Shown: positions 61,254 to 64,000 of the stretch, in pieces
Numbering within the stretch: position 1 is the stretch's first letter
Layout: each line of letters opens with the position of its first letter
Assembly: GCA_033723415.1 (NCBI GenBank)
Contig: JAWVXD010000001.1
Location: forward strand, 288,001 to 352,000
Origin: Sulfurospirillaceae bacterium
GTDB taxonomy: Bacteria; Campylobacterota; Campylobacteria; Campylobacterales; Sulfurospirillaceae
Direction: 5' to 3'
Length of the DNA stretch: 64,000 nucleotides
Notes under the pieces: generated by a model
Told to the model about the DNA's origin: nothing
The model's input: the letters and a program-made list of their open reading frames with translations, nothing else
Database searches by the model: none
Program-made: the position numbers and the translations under genes

Positions 61254-62525
61254 TTAATTTTTTAATGTTTTGAAATACTGAATCAAGATATTGATATCTT
61301 TATCATTCAATATTCCCTTATATGGCGCCATCATACCGCCATTATATCCTTGTACGATCTTTGCATTAGGATCTAAGATCGATTCTTTGATATATTTGTC
61401 ATCGGCTAGCACACTTTCTACTTTACCTTTTACTACGACTTTTACAGTATGTCCGTACATACCTTTATAGCTTGGTCCAATCAATTTAGAGCCATCTAAT
61501 GAGTGGCAACCTAAACATCCGTTTGAATCCAAGATATCTTTTGCTTTAGCTTTTATGTCGACTTTCTTAGGTTTGTTACCGTTTTTAAAATAGTCTATGA
61601 TCTGATTGATATCTTTATCGCTCAAGACACCTTTGTATGAACTCATCATACCAGGAGTAAATCCTTGTACAACTTTAGCATTCGGCTTTAAGATCGACTC
61701 TTTTAAGTACTTATCATCAACAATAATGTCTTCTAATTTACCGTTAACTAAAACTTTTTCTTTTCTGCCATACAAACCTTTATAGCTCGGTCCTACCAAA
61801 GGAGAGCCATCAAGTGTATGACAACTTGTACATCCATTTGACTTTAACAAGGCGAGACCTTGGTTTTCTCCACTTGGAGACTCTTTACTAAATGGTGTCT
61901 TTCTATCGCTGTTGTACCATTTGTCAAAATCTTTTTTACTCAAGACATATACTTTTGCAAGCATATGTGAATGCCCTCTACCGCAGTATTCGGTACATTC
62001 TATATCAAACACGCCTTTATCTGTAGCTTTAAACCATGCATGATAAGTAAATCCCGGAACAACGTCTTGCTTAAATCTAAATGCAGGTACATAATAACTG
62101 TGTAAAACGTCATTTGCCGGTGCCGTTAGGTCAAGCTTGATATTTTCACCTATTGGAACGTATAGATCTCTTGTTTTTTTACCGTTTGGATAAACATGAG
62201 ACCAAAACCACATCTGTCCGATGACTTTGACTTCCATATTCTTTTTAGGTATTTCTCTTATTGCTTTTAAACTTGTATATCCATAATAAAACATAATCCC
62301 AAGTAAGAACATAGGTATGATCGTCCACGCTATCTCCAGAGGTGTATTGTGTTCTATATTTTCAATTTTATCACGCGCATGTCTTTTGCTGTTATACTTA
62401 TAGAGAAAGTAAAACATAACGCCCACAACAAGCACAAACATCGCTAGGTTTATGCCTATAACTATCCACATGGCAAAATCAACCGTACTTGCGAAACTTG
62501 AAACGCCCTTCATTCCTTCTAACAT
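61254..62525 (-). CDS. coxB: cytochrome c oxidase subunit II with two C-terminal c-type heme domains
   Basis: LEIAWTIIP, DVLHS, CuA motif CTEYCGRGHSHM, CTSCH and CLGCH. Confidence 0.93.
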   Translation of the reverse strand: MLEGMKGVSSFASTVDFAMWIVIGINLAMFVLVVGVMFYFLYKYNSKRHARDKIENIEHNTPLEIAWTIIPMFLLGIMFYYGYTSLKAIREIPKKNMEVKVIGQMWFWSHVYPNGKKTRDLYVPIGENIKLDLTAPANDVLHSYYVPAFRFKQDVVPGFTYHAWFKATDKGVFDIECTEYCGRGHSHMLAKVYVLSKKDFDKWYNSDRKTPFSKESPSGENQGLALLKSNGCTSCHTLDGSPLVGPSYKGLYGRKEKVLVNGKLEDIIVDDKYLKESILKPNAKVVQGFTPGMMSSYKGVLSDKDINQIIDYFKNGNKPKKVDIKAKAKDILDSNGCLGCHSLDGSKLIGPSYKGMYGHTVKVVVKGKVESVLADDKYIKESILDPNAKIVQGYNGGMMAPYKGILNDKDINILIQYFKTLKN

Positions 62526-62543
62526 ATGCTGCCTTTCACTATT

Positions 62544-62876
62544 TTAATTAAGAATTGTAAGAATATCATGATTTCCATATCTTACATAAGTATCTATTGC
62601 CATCAATCCATATAACACGATCAATAAAATAATCGTACCGAAAATCAACTTTTTGAATATCGAAGAAGATGATTTTATATGCATATAATACAATACGATC
62701 AACACTATCTTGATTAGTGCAATGCCCATTTGAACCATAAGCGTAGGAGCAAGTTGCATGTGTATTACCAAAGGCTGTAATATCGTCAATGCAGTTAATG
62801 TTATCAAAAGTAGAAAAACATTGAAGTACATCTTTCTGCTTATTGGATGTAAATTTTGATTAGTATCTGTACTCAT
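62544..62876 (-). CDS. cytochrome c oxidase subunit IV family
   Basis: Three TM segments, IALIK..LYYMHIK. Confidence 0.85.
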   Translation of the reverse strand: MSTDTNQNLHPISRKMYFNVFLLLITLTALTILQPLVIHMQLAPTLMVQMGIALIKIVLIVLYYMHIKSSSSIFKKLIFGTIILLIVLYGLMAIDTYVRYGNHDILTILN

Positions 62877-62885
62877 ACATTACTC

Positions 62886-63551
62886 CTAATAGATCAAATA
62901 AAATAAAGGAAATACGATAACCCACACTATATGAACAAAATCCCAATATAGTGCCGTATTTTCCAAAAAGACATAATTTTCAGGTGTGATCTTACCTTTA
63001 TTTATAAGTCTTAGTAAAACAAGCATCACGATGATACCCACGATGATATGAATCCCATGAAGTCCTGTCAAAGTAAAATAAAGCCCAAAAAACAGTTTTG
63101 TGCCATTACTCATAGCATCCAAACTTGGAGAACTTGGATAAAATCCGTGATGTATCTCCAAACTCCACTCTGTAGCCTTTATTGCTAGAAATACAACAGC
63201 TAAGATCATAGTGGCCCAGATATATTTTTTACAAGTACTGACATGACCATTTCTAAGATGTACCAATGACAAACCCATAGTCAAAGCACTAATCAAAAGT
63301 ATAAAAGTATTTATCCCTCCAAGGAGTCTATTCATCTCCTCAGAAGCATGAACAAAATCAGCACTGTGTTGAAACATATAAAAACCATATACCAAGAACA
63401 TAGACCCAAAGATCATGATCTCTGTAAGCAAAAATACCCAAAACCCTAGTTTTGCCCCATCATAATCGTTATTAAAGTCAACGACGATATGCTCATTGCC
63501 TTCTTTATCTAAAACAATTTCAGGTTGACTCACGGTAGTAGCATCAGACAT
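62886..63551 (-). CDS. coxC: cytochrome c oxidase subunit III
   Basis: GFWVFLLTEIMIF, LTGLHGIH, YWDFVHIVW. Confidence 0.92.
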   Translation of the reverse strand: MSDATTVSQPEIVLDKEGNEHIVVDFNNDYDGAKLGFWVFLLTEIMIFGSMFLVYGFYMFQHSADFVHASEEMNRLLGGINTFILLISALTMGLSLVHLRNGHVSTCKKYIWATMILAVVFLAIKATEWSLEIHHGFYPSSPSLDAMSNGTKLFFGLYFTLTGLHGIHIIVGIIVMLVLLRLINKGKITPENYVFLENTALYWDFVHIVWVIVFPLFYLIY

Positions 63552-64000
63552 GCTTCTTATCCTCCTTTACAGATAAATCCATAACATGAACCGGCTCGCC
63601 TTTTTCGTATTCATAAGGCATAAAATCAACATAAGGGATCGTACCAAAGTTTGCCAATTGAGGAGGTGAAGGTATCTGCCACTCTAGTGTAGTTGCATTC
63701 CATGGATTTGGACCTGCTTCTTCTCCATGCTTCAAACCTTTGTATAAGTTATATGCCATGTATATTAGGCCAACTGCGAAGACCCATGAGCCAACAGTTG
63801 CGATTCTATGATAGATCGTAAATTCAGGAAGGTAGTCAAAATATCGTCTTGGCATACCAAGTGCACCGGCTATGAACATCGGGAACCACAGCATATTAAA
63901 ACCGACAAATATCACATAAAAAGCACGTTTTGCCCGTTTATCATCATACATCTTTCCTGTCATTTTTGGGAACCAGTAGTGAAATCCTGCGAACATCAAA
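63544..64000 (-). CDS. coxA: cytochrome c oxidase subunit I, 3' part (starts beyond window end)
   Basis: YWFPKMTG, PMFIAGALGMPRRY, NPW..TLEW..SPP. Confidence 0.92.
   Translation of the reverse strand, partial: LMFAGFHYWFPKMTGKMYDDKRAKRAFYVIFVGFNMLWFPMFIAGALGMPRRYFDYLPEFTIYHRIATVGSWVFAVGLIYMAYNLYKGLKHGEEAGPNPWNATTLEWQIPSPPQLANFGTIPYVDFMPYEYEKGEPVHVMDLSVKEDKKHV

Noticed and set aside
1..64000. tRNA or rRNA genes
   Set aside because: No cloverleaf or rRNA-like segment seen; intergenic spaces are short and AT-rich

Overview
AT-rich bacterial chromosome window. Gene content and order point to Campylobacterota, probably Sulfurospirillum-like (inference). The backbone is housekeeping: M16 peptidase, pyrD, msbA, cysS, murJ, a FapA-like gene, ruvA, ddl, a Mur ligase, pta-ackA, an amino-acid ABC transporter, rarD, class II DAHP synthase, proA, two tandem flavoprotein reductases, trpC, mnmH and an A-type cytochrome c oxidase operon. 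Two metabolic modules are present: a Cache kinase/regulator with TRAP and pxpABC, and TctC/TctDE with TRAP, a PrpF-family gene and tcuAB. The main accessory feature is a minus-strand integron-type cassette array (about 15640-21660) with no integrase in the window. It has six intact attC-like sites, and the 7-bp core and inverse-core match perfectly across each of the five complete cassettes. Cargo is defence-like: restriction nuclease-STAND NTPase, AbiV/HEPN, an AAG/MPG-like glycosylase, and a two-gene membrane protein plus Zn/prohead-protease-like pair. A ~150-bp ORF-less structured element occurs twice, with compensatory base changes and an inverted mini-attC. A second, decayed cassette-like islet lies at about 58960-60260. 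All protein-family calls are by eye from motifs; no searches were run.
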